Of a stretch of DNA of 64,000 nucleotides, positions 1-10,878 are shown piece after piece. This stretch comes from an uncultured delta proteobacterium. GTDB lineage: Bacteria; Desulfobacterota; Binatia; DP-6. Position numbers and translations under genes: made by a program. The DNA is taken from assembly GCA_963815115.1 (NCBI GenBank), contig CAWFFN010000009.1, positions 1,728,001 to 1,792,000 of the forward strand. The letters are read 5' to 3'. The stretch's first letter is position 1, and the number at the start of each line of letters is the position of its first letter. The notes under the pieces were generated by a model. That model was not told where the DNA came from and made no database searches. It worked only from the letters and a program-made list of their open reading frames with translations.

Positions 1-749
1 GCGGCCGCCTGGTCCCGCAGGCGATCATCCCGACCACCGGCATCGACGACGCGGTCGCCGAGCTCGAGTGGGCGATGCAAGCACGGCCACAGGGGCGCGC
101 TGATCGCCGCCTTCCCGAACGGCGAGCTACGAGACCAGCGCCGAGGACGACCGCTTCTGGGCGATCGCGGAGGAGGCCGAGTTCCCGCTCGGCATCCACA
201 TCGGCAGCTTCAGCGAGACCGGCCTGCAGGCGACCATCACGCAGAGCACGCTGAGCTTCCTCGCCCACGCCGGCGGCTCGAAGGCGGGCGCCGACTCGAT
301 CCCGGCGGCGACCAAGGTGCTGTTCTCGCGGCGCCTGCGAGAGGTTTCCCCGCCTGCGCTTCGTCATCGTCGAGGGCAACATCGGCTGGATCCCGACGGC
401 GATGGAGCAGGTCGACGACATGTTCCTGCGCTACCGCTGGTACACCGGCGCCAGCGAGATGATGACGACGATGCCGAGCCGGCTCTTCCACCGCAACTTC
501 TGGGCGACGTTCATGATCGACACCATCGGCATCGAGCTGCGCCACCACATGAACGTCGACCACCTGATGTGGTCGACCGACTATCCGCACACCGGGACCG
601 ACTGGCCGAACAACCGCGTCACCATCGCCCGCCTCTTCCGCGGCGTGCCCAGGGACGAGGTGAAGAAGATGCTGCACGACAACTGCAAGGCGCTCTACCA
701 CCTCGACCACATTCCGGATCATCTGCCCGATCGCCTGCCCGGCCGCTGA
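1..749 (+). CDS. Amidohydrolase family protein (amidohydro_2), 5'-partial, apparently frameshifted
   Basis: C-terminal ORF 402-749 has NFWATFMID...LMWSTDYPH, typical of amidohydrolase-2. Upstream frames give matching pieces (DRFWAIAEEAEFPLGIHIG, FVIVEGNIGWIP). Confidence 0.8.
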
Positions 750-753
750 GCGA

Positions 754-3145
754 GTGCCTGCTCCGCTCGCCGGCGTCCGCGTCCTCGACCTGTCGTCCGA
801 GATCGCCGGGCCGTACTGCACCAAGCTGCTGGCCGACGCCGGCGCCGACGTGCTCAAGATCGAGCAGCCCGGCGCGGCGATCCGCTGCGGCGCTGGAGCG
901 CGTCGGGACGGCCGCCGGCCGGGACGAGGACGGCGTGCTGTTCCGCTTCCTCAACACCTCCAAGCGCAGCGCCGCCGTCGATCGCGGCTCCCCGGCGGGC
1001 CGCGAGCGCGTCCTCGAGCTCGCCACCGGCGCGGACATCGTCGTCGAGAGCCTCGGGCCGGGGGCGATCGAGGCGTCGGGCTCGATCCGGAGGCGGTGTG
1101 GACGCGGAACCCCCGCGTCTCGTTCGTCTCCATCTCGCCCTTCGGTCGCGGCGGGCCGTGGAGCCGGCGGCCGGCGACCGAGTTCACGCTCCAGGCGTGG
1201 TGCGGCTCGACCGCGGCGCGCGGCACGCCGGATCGGCCGCCCCTCGCCGCCGGCGGCCGGCTCGGGGAATGGCTCGGCGGCGCGTACGCGGCGGCGGTCG
1301 CGCTCACCGTCTGGCACGGCGCGCGACGCGACGGCCGCGGCGAGCACGTCGACCTCTCGCTCCTCGAGGTGATGGCGCTCACCATGGCGCCGAACACGAT
1401 GGTGTGGGAGAGCCTCGCGGGACATCCCGGGCCGTTCACGCGCACGGTCGAGATCCCGTCCATCGAGCCGGCGCGCGACGGCTGGGTCGGCTTCTGCACC
1501 ATCACGGCGCAGCAGTGGCGCGACTTCCTGGTGCTGATCGAGCGTCCCGACCTGGTCGACGACGCGGCGCTCGCCCGCTGGGACGAGCGCGTGCGGCGGG
1601 CGCCGGAGGTGAACGCCATGATCCATGGCTGGACCGGGCGGCACCGGGTCGCCGAGATCGTCGAGCGGGCCGCCGCGCTGCGCATCCCCGTGGCCGCCAT
1701 CGGCAACGGCGAGACGGTCACGACCTTCGACCACTTCGTCGCCCGCGGCGCCTTCGTGCCCCATCCGGGCGCCGACTTCGTGCAGCCGCGGCCGCCCTAC
1801 CGGCTGTCGGATGCGAGCCTGCGGCCGCTGTCGCCGGCGCCGCGGCTCGGCGCGGACGCGGCCGCGTGGCTGGAGGAGCCTGCCGGCACGGGCGAGCCTC
1901 CCGGAGCCGCCCGGCGACCGCCCGCTCGCCGGCCTGCGCATCGTCGACTTCACCGCCTTCTGGGCCGGCCCGTTCGCCACCCAGTACCTCGCCGCCATGG
2001 GCGCCGACGTCATCAAGGTCGAATCCATCCAGCGCCCCGACGGGATGCGCTTCCAGAGCGTCCGGCCGCCGACCAGCGACGGCTGGTGGGAGTGGAGCGC
2101 GCTCTACCAGACCGTCAACCTCGGCAAGCGCGGCATCACGCTCGATCTCGGCCGCGCCGCCGGCGTCGAGCTGGTGAAGCGCCTGATCGCGCGTTCCGAT
2201 GCCGTGGTGGAGAACTTCTCGCCGCGCGTGATGGACAACCTCGGCCTCGACTACGCGGAGCTCGCCGCGCGCACGCCGCGCCTGATCATGGTGCGCATGC
2301 CGGCCTTCGGCCTCGACGGTCCGTGGCGCGACCGGGTCGGGTTCGCGCAGACCATGGAGCAGCTCACCGGCATGGCGTGGCTCACCGGATTCGCCGACGG
2401 GCCGCCGGTCCTGCCGCGCGGGCCGTGCGATCCGCTCGCCGGCCTGCACGCGGTGGTCGCGCTCCTGGTCGCCCTGGAGCATCGCAACCGCACGGGCCGC
2501 GGCCAGCTCGTCGAGTCGACGATGGTCGAGGCCGCGCTGAACGCCGCCGCCGAGTCGATCCTCGAGTGGGGCGCTCACGGCGCGCGCCTGGCACGCGACG
2601 GCAACCGCGGTCCCGCGGGCGCGCCGCAGAACCTCTACGCCTGCCGCGGCGAGGATCGCTGGCTGGCGCTCGCCGTCACCAGCGACGCCCAGTGGCAGGC
2701 GCTGGTCGACCTGATGGGCGAGCCCGGCCTGGCGCACGACGAGACGCTCGCGACGGCCGCGGGGCGGCGCGACCGGCACGACCGCATCGACGCCGCGATC
2801 CGCGCGTGGTGCGAGGGGCAGGATGCCGAGGCCCTGGCCGACGCGCTCGCGGCACGCGGCATTCCCGCCGCGCCGGTGCTTCCCGCCGCGGGGCTGGGGC
2901 GCAATCCGCAGCTCGCCGCGCGCGGCTTCTTCGAGGCCGTCGCGCACCCGGTCGCCGGCACCCACGTTCATCCCGGCCTTCCCGTGCGCCGCCGCCGCGA
3001 ACGCGGGCGCTGGTACCTGCGGCCGGCGCCGACGCTCGGGGAGCACACCGAGGAGATCCTGCGCGACCTCCTCGGGCTCCACGAGGACGAGATCGAGCGC
3101 CTTCGTGCCGACCGCGTCATCGGGACCCGGCCGCTCGGAGGGTGA
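754..3145 (+). CDS. Double-domain CoA-transferase family III (CaiB/BaiF), split by several frameshifts
   Basis: Two starts of the family motif (PLAGVRVLDLSSEIAGPYC and PLAGLRIVDFTAFWAGP), plus LNTSKRS, VNLGKRGITLD and the APTLGEHT C-terminus, spread over ORF frames 754, 317 and 1625. Confidence 0.85.
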
Positions 3146-3162
3146 TCCTGGACCGCCTTCGC

Positions 3163-5437
3163 TCAGAAGGAGATCGGCACCGGCATGTCGACGAGGTTGA
3201 TGATCCCGATCGGCGCGCAGGTCGAGGAGTTGGCCGGCGACGAGAAGGCGACGGTCGCGCGCACGGCCAGCGGATCCGAGGCGCCGCTGGCGGCGATGCT
3301 CACCAGGATGGTGCCGTCCTGTGACCCGGCGGCGGGCGGCCCCACGAAGACGCCATCGAGCCGTGCCCGCCCGGGGCTACCGTTCGTCTGGGCCGAGTTG
3401 GGCAGCTGGAAGCTGCCACAGGGAGTGAGCGCCGTGATCGGGAGCGGGTTGGTGGCGACCTGGGCGGGACTCACCTTGAAGACGTTGATCGTCGCCGTCG
3501 TGCCGCTGTTGGTCACCCGGGCGAACACCACGCTGCCGTCGGGGTGCAGGCGGAAGAAGTCCTCGGCGTAGCTCGAATCGAGGAACTGGAGCGGAGCCGG
3601 CCGCAGCCGCCACAGCCCGGCCGAGTCGAAGCTGGCGAATACCTGCGAGCCGTCGCTCGACGCCTCGAGGTGGGTGGTGTTGTCGATGTCGTCCGCGCAG
3701 CCCGAGAGCCCCTCGACCGCGTCGATGCGGGGGATGAGCGTCTGGTTGGTGCCGTCGCTCTTGCGCACCGCGACCAGGCTCTCCTCCTCGCTCCGGAAGC
3801 AGGTGCTCAGGTCGAGCTGGTGGTTCTCGGCGAGGTACACGCGACCGCCGCCGTCGGCCGAGAAGCCGTCGCAGGCGAGGTGAACGGTGTCGCTCGTCGT
3901 CCGGTCGATGATGGCGATGCTGGTGGTGTTGCCGTTGGCGTCGAGCGTGACCCGCGCCACGTCCACGCCGAGCTCGTCGCCGTCGGGACTCGGGTTGGGA
4001 TCCGTGAACGCGCCGTCGTCGCTCAGCAGATAGAGGCCGCCGGCGCCGTCGGAGCACATCTCGGCGGGATCGAACTGGTTGTACGACGAGCACCCGATGC
4101 CCGAGCCCGGGCAGTCCGCCGGCACGGTGCAGGCCTGGCCGCTGCGATCGCCGCCGAAGCACTGGCCGGTGTGCGGACAGGTGCCTCCGTTCGGGGCGCA
4201 GTCGGCGTCGGTGATGCAGGTGTCGCCCTGGATGAATCCGTTGGCGAAGCACTGGTACACGCCGGTGTCCGGCGCGATGGGCGCGCCGCTCGGCAGGAAG
4301 CCGCGCACGACGCCGAAGTTGTCCGAGAACAGCACCGGCTGCGCGATCTGCGTCGGTCCAGGGCCCGGAGCGCTGCCGCCGAACCCGTGCGCCAGGAAGG
4401 CGGCGAACTGTCGCGTGCTCCTGGGCGTCACCACCGCGATCGTGGCCCCCGCGTGTCCCGCGACCGGGGGTGCGAAGGTGACCGTGACGTCGGCGCTCTC
4501 CTGCGCCCTCAGCAGGAGCGGCTGATCGGTCGTGGAGGGCGTGAGGCCGAAGGCGGATCCCTCGGAGGCGAGACACACGACCAGCAGGCTCGGCACGACC
4601 TTGCTCGGGTCGTTCGGGTCGACCAGGTCGGGGGCGGTGTTCGTCACCCGGAAGGTGAGGGTGGCGCTCGACCCCGGCGCGACGGCGCCGAACTCGAGCG
4701 GACCGTCCGCGGTGATCTGGGGAACGCCCGGCTGGTAGTCGCCCGCGGGGTACGGGCAAGCGGTCAAGGTGACGGCCGCGCTGCCGGCGTCCTGCCCGTC
4801 GCTCACCGTGAGGCGCACGGTCATCGGCCGTTCGTCGCTCGGGTAGACGTGATCCGGAGAGACGTCGCTCGACGTCGCTCCGTCGCCGAAGTCCCACGCG
4901 TAGGTGAGCTCGTCGCCCTCCGGGTCGAAGCTCTGGCTGCCGTCGAAGTCGATCGAGAACCCGGGAATGATGATCCGGGACCCGGGATCGAGGATCGCGG
5001 TCGGCGGCTGGTTGGGGCGCTCGTCGGCGTGGAACCGGATGCGCACGATCTGGCGCTGCCCGCGCCCTTTCGAGCCGGGGTTGCTTGGTCTGCACGAGCA
5101 GGCGCAGCCGGTTCGAGCGGCGCCGGCCGGTGCGTATCCGGTCACCGGGCAGCTTCGCCCGCACGCCGATCTGCTCGCCATTGGCGTCCGTCATCGGCGC
5201 GAAGAGCGAGCTGATGTCGCGGCTGCCGAGGCGAGCCCGGAAGGAGCCGGGGTCGGCGTTCGCGGCGAGGCGCACGACGATGTTCACGAACGGATGCGCG
5301 GAGACGGTGGCGCGCGCGGCCGGCGTGACGACCGTCATGAGCCCGACGGCTGCCTTCCTGTTGCGTGCCGTGCCCGCGGCGGGGCCGAGCAGGAGGATGA
5401 CGGCGCTGATGGCGACGAGGCGGACGGCCCGACGCAT
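3163..5437 (-). CDS. Secreted multidomain protein: PKD, Ig-like and Cys-rich repeat domains plus a propeller-like C-terminus; one frameshift near 5070
   Basis: Signal peptide MRRAVRLVAISAVILLLG (ATG 5437); PKD motif FDGSQSFDPEGDELTYAWDFGDG; LEFGAV...TLTFRVTN Ig-like domain; C-x-G...TC..DADC repeats. Confidence 0.7.
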
Positions 5438-5523
5438 GTCTCGACGGACCATATGGGAGACGTGGTCCGATTGGCAATCCGACGAAAGGGGGCAGGGTGC
5501 GGGCGGAGGCGCGCGGATCGTGC

Positions 5524-6750
5524 CTAATCGCACGTTCCTGAGATGTCGACGAGCGTCACGTCATTCGGGAACGTGTTCCGGAGCTCGTCGGTCTGGGAGA
5601 ACGGCGCGCCGTCGGACTCGGGCAAGCCATTCGCATCCAGCCGGTACGCCTGGACGCGATCGACCGCTCCGCCGCCCACGTAGAGCACGCCGTTCCTGAC
5701 GAACATTCGGAACGGACTGGTGCGGATGTTGGCCTTGGTGATGCGCGTCGCTCCCGAGGGAAGCGAGCCGTCGTCCCTTAGAGTGAACGCATCGATGCGA
5801 CCCTTCTGGAACTGCGAGCCGAGGATGGTGCGCCCTGCCAAGGCAAGCGCGTTGTAGCGGATGTCGTTGCGGGTCCGGCTCAGTCGCGGCTGCCGGAAGC
5901 GATTGGTGACCACGCCCTTGTTGTTGGTCTTCGGATCGTTGAAGAACCCGCCCGGGGGACAGACCGCGGGGTCCGAGCTGAACTGGTTCGGGCACAGCTG
6001 GAAGGACGAGATGGTCCTCCGGAAGCGCTCCCCCACGTAGAGGATGTCGTCGAGCAGGACGAGCGGCGCGGCGCCGTTCAGCTTCCTGCGCTGGGAGTAG
6101 GGGACGACGATCGCGCTGCAGCCCGCCGCGGCGACCGGGTTGCCGTCCGAGTCGGCGCCGTCGAGGAAGTTGCCGTCCGGTCCGAGCTGGTACACGGCCA
6201 CCTCGCCGAAGCCCCCCTTGGTGCGGGCGGCGTAGAGGAAGCCGTTCGCGACCACGATGCTCTCCCACCCCGCCGGCGCGGTGTCCCGCACGCAGGTCTC
6301 GCCGTCCCGCGGCGTCCCGGTAGACAGCCCGTCCGTGTTGAGCGGGAAGGCGGCGATGCGGTTCTGCTGGCGCTGGGGCAGGTAGAGCACGGACCTGCTC
6401 CCGTCGGGCGAGAGCGCGACCGCGATGTCGTGCGAGTTCATGCCCCGCAGCGCCGGCGGGTCGGGGATCTGGCCGGTACGTTCGAGCTGGCCGCGGTCGC
6501 CGATGCCCCAGACCTCCGTCATGTTGGTCTCGCCGACGTAGAGGAACCTGCCGTCGAGCGAGGTGACGAGCCGGCTCGGCGCCTTCCCGTGCGTTGCCAC
6601 GTTGACGATCGGGTTGGGATCGATGGCGCCGTTCGGACCGATGCAGTAGCCGGTCACGGCGCCCGTGGTGGCCGCCGTGGCGTAGAGCATGGTGCCTGCA
6701 GCCGCCGGCGAGGCGGCCGCGAGCGCGAGAGCAAGCAGGGCGCGGTGCAT
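5524..6750 (-). CDS. Secreted beta-propeller protein (lactonase/YncE-like)
   Basis: Signal peptide MHRALLALALAAASPAAA; repeated blade motifs (DGRFLYVGE, NGFLYAA, DILYVGE, NGVLYVG). Confidence 0.65.
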   Translation of the reverse strand: MHRALLALALAAASPAAAGTMLYATAATTGAVTGYCIGPNGAIDPNPIVNVATHGKAPSRLVTSLDGRFLYVGETNMTEVWGIGDRGQLERTGQIPDPPALRGMNSHDIAVALSPDGSRSVLYLPQRQQNRIAAFPLNTDGLSTGTPRDGETCVRDTAPAGWESIVVANGFLYAARTKGGFGEVAVYQLGPDGNFLDGADSDGNPVAAAGCSAIVVPYSQRRKLNGAAPLVLLDDILYVGERFRRTISSFQLCPNQFSSDPAVCPPGGFFNDPKTNNKGVVTNRFRQPRLSRTRNDIRYNALALAGRTILGSQFQKGRIDAFTLRDDGSLPSGATRITKANIRTSPFRMFVRNGVLYVGGGAVDRVQAYRLDANGLPESDGAPFSQTDELRNTFPNDVTLVDISGTCD

Positions 6751-6838
6751 ACGGGACGCGGGTTATAGCAGCGCCTCCCACGGCGGGGAAACGTTGCCCA
6801 GTGTGGCGCCGGCTGGCGCCGGCGCGCATAACCGCACC

Positions 6839-7375
6839 GTGGACGACTGGAACGTGCTCGCGACGTCGGTGGAGGGTGCCCGCCCGATCCTGCTGGCCTG
6901 GCTCCGGCGTCACGCGGCATTCCGGGGAGGCGGCTATCGCAACGTCGCCATCGGGCGCGTCGCCGACGTGCCGGCGTTCCTCGACGCCCTGCGCGACGAC
7001 CTCGCACGAGACCCGGGGCGGGGCGCGGTGCTCGGCCGCGTCCTCCCGATCGAGCGGACGCTGCTCCTCGACCCGACGGACCCGCTCGGCAGCCTCGAGG
7101 CGGCCGTCGAGCCCCTGCACGACCGCCTGGCGGGCGGATCCTACTTCGTGCGCCTCGAGCGGCGGGGGCTGCGTGACGCCCTGCACTCGAGCGACGTCGA
7201 GCGTACCCTCGGCGCCGTGCTCTGGCGCGCCCTGGAGGCGGCTGGCCACGCGCCGCGGGTCGCCTTCCGCGATCCCGACGCGATCGTCGTGATCGAGACC
7301 CTGGGCGAGCGAGCGGGGATCGGGATCATCGACCGCGCCCTGCGCTCGGCCTATCCGTTCGTCCGCATGCGTTAG
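6839..7375 (+). CDS. Stand-alone THUMP domain protein
   Basis: SYFVRLERRG...SSDVERTLG...[23 protein letters not shown] fits the THUMP fold pattern; GTG start at 6839 is inferred. Confidence 0.7.
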   Translation: MDDWNVLATSVEGARPILLAWLRRHAAFRGGGYRNVAIGRVADVPAFLDALRDDLARDPGRGAVLGRVLPIERTLLLDPTDPLGSLEAAVEPLHDRLAGGSYFVRLERRGLRDALHSSDVERTLGAVLWRALEAAGHAPRVAFRDPDAIVVIETLGERAGIGIIDRALRSAYPFVRMR

Positions 7376-7456
7376 GACCGGCAAACTCGCTGCGCACGAA
7401 TCGATGGCCCGCCGCGCTTGACGGGCTGCGGTGCGAGCGAATATCGCCCGCACACG

Positions 7457-8896
7457 ATGGACCACACAAGAGTCGACCTGCCCCGCACGGCACGCGGCGC
7501 GCGGGAGATCTCGCGGCGAACGATCCTTGCCGGCGCCGGCGCGCTCGGGCTCGGCCTCCTGCTGGGGGGCGCGAGCGACGCGGCGGCGGTGGTGCACCGG
7601 CGGCGGAAGCCCGGCTCGCTGCCCTTTCCGCACCTGCCCGAAGGCACCGACACGCTGCCGCAGATCGAGCACATCATCGTGCTCATGATGGAGAACCACT
7701 CCTTCGACGATCACCTCGGCCTGCTCGGCCGCGGCGACGGCTTCCCGCTCCGCAGGGGCGTCCCCGCCGCGGTGAATCCGGACCTCGACGGCAATCCCGT
7801 GCACGCGTTCCACATGCCGAGCACGTGCCAGCTCGACGGCGCCCCGGGCCAGAACTGGAACGCGAGCCACACGGCCTTCGACGGCGGCCGGAACGACGGC
7901 TTCGTGCGCGCGAGCGGACCCGTCGCCATGGGGTACTGGACCGGCGACGATCTGCCCTTCTACTACGGGCTCGCGCGCACCTTTCCGCTCGCGGATCGGT
8001 GGTTCTGTTCGTGCCTCGCGCAGACGTATCCGAACCGGCGGTTCCTCCTCGCCGGTACGGCGGCGGGCATCGTCAGCACGTCGTTCGAAGCGCTGACGGC
8101 GCCGCCCCCGCCCAACGGCAACATCATGGAGCGGCTCGACGCGCACGGCATTCCGTGGCTCGACTACTACTCCGACCTCCCGGGCGTCGGGGTGCTGCTC
8201 GACTACACGCTCGCCCACCAGGACCACCTCGCGCCGATCGCCCGGTTCTTCACGGATGCGGCGGCGGGCGCATTGCCGCCGGTGTCGTTCGTCGATCCGC
8301 TCTTCGACGTGGAGTCCGAGGAGAATCCGCAGAACATCCAGGTGGGCGAGGAGTTCGCGGCCCGTGTCATCAACGCCGCCATGGCGGGGCCCGGGTGGCC
8401 CAAGACCGTGCTCATCTGGTGCTACGACGAGCACGGCGGCTACTACGACCACGTCCCGCCGCCGCGTGCGGTGGCGCCCGACGACATTCCGCCCGACATT
8501 CACGTCCCGCCCGACCTGCCCGGCGGCTACGACCGCTACGGCTTCCGCGTGCCCGCCGTCGTCGTCTCCCCGTGGGCCCGCCGCCACCACGTCTCGCACC
8601 GCGTCCGCGACCAGACCGCGATCCTGAAGCTCATCGAGACGAAGTGGAACCTTCCCGCGTTGACCTTCCGCGATGCGAACTCCGACAACCTGCTCGACTG
8701 CCTCGACTTCCACCGCCCGCCCGCGTTCCTCGAGCCGCCGCTGCTGCCGGCGCCGGGCCTGGTGACCCGACCGAGCGGCTGCCTGCCGGGCAACCCGGGA
8801 GGGCCGATCCCGCCGTCCGCTGGCCTCGTGCGGGAAGGCAATCGCGGGTTCGGGTCGGTCCCGATGGCGCGATATCTCTGGCCGAACGGCCGCTGA
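7457..8896 (+). CDS. Tat-exported phosphoesterase / phospholipase C (AcpA/PlcH family)
   Basis: Twin-arginine SRRTILAG; IEHIIVLMMENHSFD; TYPNR; YDEHGGYYDHVPPP; YGFRVP. Confidence 0.9.
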   Translation: MDHTRVDLPRTARGAREISRRTILAGAGALGLGLLLGGASDAAAVVHRRRKPGSLPFPHLPEGTDTLPQIEHIIVLMMENHSFDDHLGLLGRGDGFPLRRGVPAAVNPDLDGNPVHAFHMPSTCQLDGAPGQNWNASHTAFDGGRNDGFVRASGPVAMGYWTGDDLPFYYGLARTFPLADRWFCSCLAQTYPNRRFLLAGTAAGIVSTSFEALTAPPPPNGNIMERLDAHGIPWLDYYSDLPGVGVLLDYTLAHQDHLAPIARFFTDAAAGALPPVSFVDPLFDVESEENPQNIQVGEEFAARVINAAMAGPGWPKTVLIWCYDEHGGYYDHVPPPRAVAPDDIPPDIHVPPDLPGGYDRYGFRVPAVVVSPWARRHHVSHRVRDQTAILKLIETKWNLPALTFRDANSDNLLDCLDFHRPPAFLEPPLLPAPGLVTRPSGCLPGNPGGPIPPSAGLVREGNRGFGSVPMARYLWPNGR

Positions 8897-8990
8897 ATGA
8901 GAGGCGAACCCACGATCAGGCAGGCGTCGGTTTCGGCCCCGTGGCCCTGGGTGTACGATGCTGGCACCCTGTTCCCGATGGAGGACCCCG

Positions 8991-9698
8991 ATGGCACGTG
9001 ACGACTCTCTCTCCGAGATCGGACTCCGCCCGGTCGCTGCCGAGGAGCGCGTCGGCGCCTTCCTGCGCGGGGTGTACGGCTGGATGGCCGTCGGTCTCGC
9101 GCTCACCGCGGTGGTGGCCTTCTTCGTTGCGAGCAGCAACTGGATCGGCTTCCTCGCTACCCATCGCTGGGTGCTCTTCGCTCTCTTCATCGCGCAGATC
9201 GGCGTCGTGATCACCCTCGCGGCCGGCGCCTCACGCATCGCACCGGGCGTCGCCACGGCGCTCTTCCTCGGGTACTCCGCGCTCACCGGGGTGACGCTGT
9301 CATTGATCCTGCTGGTCTACACCCGCGAGTCGATCGCCGGCACCTTCGTCATCACCGCCGGCATGTTCGGCGCGATGGCGCTCTACGGCACCACGACGCC
9401 GCGCAGCCTCGCGGGCTGGGGGTCGTTTCTCTTCATGGGACTCATCGGCGTCGTGCTCGCGTCGGTGGTGGGCATCTTCTGGCAGAACGATGCACTCCAG
9501 TTCCTGATCGGCTTCGCCGGGGTCATCGTCTTCACGGGGCTCACCGCGTACGACGCCCAGCGGCTGAAGGCCATGGCCCTGGCCGTTCCGGAAGGGCAGA
9601 TCGGCTCGTACACCATCGTGGGCGCGCTCTCGTTGTACCTGAACTTCGTCAACCTGTTCCTGAGCCTGCTCCGGCTCACCGGCGGCCGGCGCGGCTGA
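8991..9698 (+). CDS. Bax inhibitor-1/YccA family membrane protein
   Basis: About 7 hydrophobic segments; FLRGVYGWM, FTGLTAYDAQRLK, GALSLYLNFVNLF; GGAGG RBS before ATG 8991. Confidence 0.9.
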   Translation: MARDDSLSEIGLRPVAAEERVGAFLRGVYGWMAVGLALTAVVAFFVASSNWIGFLATHRWVLFALFIAQIGVVITLAAGASRIAPGVATALFLGYSALTGVTLSLILLVYTRESIAGTFVITAGMFGAMALYGTTTPRSLAGWGSFLFMGLIGVVLASVVGIFWQNDALQFLIGFAGVIVFTGLTAYDAQRLKAMALAVPEGQIGSYTIVGALSLYLNFVNLFLSLLRLTGGRRG

Positions 9699-9709
9699 CC
9701 GTCACCGAG

Positions 9710-10798
9710 TCAGCCCTTGCGGCCGCGTTTCTCGGCGGCCGCCTTGCGGCGGTTGGTGAAGCGCGCGTTGCCGAGTCCGGTCCCGATCGTCAGCACGCCC
9801 CAGCGCTCGTAGTCGCGCATGAAGGGCAGCTCGCTCAGCCCCTGCACGACCGCGTCGTTGTGCATCACCACCAGCGTCTCGTGCGCGCCGATCTCCGGGA
9901 TGGCCTCGCGGATACAGGCCGGCAGGTTGAAGCGGCGGCTCTCCCAGTTGCCGGGCAGGTTCTGCGCCCCCTCCTCGATCGACCCGTCCTCGTCGATGCG
10001 CCCCGGGCAGCCGATGCCGATCACCGGTGCCAGCGTGAGCTTCGCCTTGTCGGCCCGACCGATGAGGTCCTCGAGCATCTCGATCAAGCGATCCACGGCC
10101 TCGTCGCGCTTCGTCTTCTCGTCGCCGTGACGCCACAGCTCGGACTTCCAGACCCCCGCCTTGGAGACATCGGCCGCCTTGGCGAGGTTGCTCTCCACGA
10201 CGCCGGCCCGGATGTTCGTCCCCCCGATGTCCACGGCCAGGATGCCGCCGTACCCTTCGAGCATCCACGACGGCATCAGGTGCACCGCACCCACCAGGCC
10301 GGCCTCGTCGGGATGCGAGCGAATGGGATGGAAGTCGAGCGGCATGCCGTCGGCCTTCAGCAGGACGGCCGCGCGACCGATGGCGAGCTCCCCGACGCGG
10401 CTCGCGCGGAAGCCGCCGCCCATCACGATGCTCTCGGTGTCCTTCCAGCCCTTCGTCTTGACGAAGCGGCGAATCACCGCCGTCAGCTCCTGCGCGAACT
10501 CCTCCACCGCGCTGTGCACCAGCCCCGCCGCTTCCGGATCGCCCTCTGCCAGCAGCTGGTCGAGCTTCTTCTTGCTGACGTTTTCGGACGGCGTCTCGCC
10601 GAGCGGGTCGGCACCCAGCGCGCGCAGCGGCTCGCGCCACTTGTCGAGGATCTCGAAGAACGCGCGCTTGCTGGCACGGTCGCCGACGAAGCCGTCGCCG
10701 TCCTGAAGCGCGAGGTTGTAGCTGTCGACCTCGACGCTGGGCAGCCGGGTGCTGCCGTGGGACGGAAGCGGCGTGTCGTCGGCGGCGCGATCACTCAT
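9710..10798 (-). CDS. ROK family sugar kinase-like protein
   Basis: LAVDIGGTNIRAG, IGIGCPG, MHNDAVVQGL and LTIGTGLG in the C-terminal part of ORF 9710-12265; ATG at 10798. Confidence 0.85.
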   Translation of the reverse strand: MSDRAADDTPLPSHGSTRLPSVEVDSYNLALQDGDGFVGDRASKRAFFEILDKWREPLRALGADPLGETPSENVSKKKLDQLLAEGDPEAAGLVHSAVEEFAQELTAVIRRFVKTKGWKDTESIVMGGGFRASRVGELAIGRAAVLLKADGMPLDFHPIRSHPDEAGLVGAVHLMPSWMLEGYGGILAVDIGGTNIRAGVVESNLAKAADVSKAGVWKSELWRHGDEKTKRDEAVDRLIEMLEDLIGRADKAKLTLAPVIGIGCPGRIDEDGSIEEGAQNLPGNWESRRFNLPACIREAIPEIGAHETLVVMHNDAVVQGLSELPFMRDYERWGVLTIGTGLGNARFTNRRKAAAEKRGRKG

Positions 10799-10878
10799 GT
10801 CGCCTGGGTGTAGCACCGCCCAGCGATGGCGCCAGGGGGGCCCCGGCGACGGTCCCTCTGCGGTGTGAGCCCACACCG

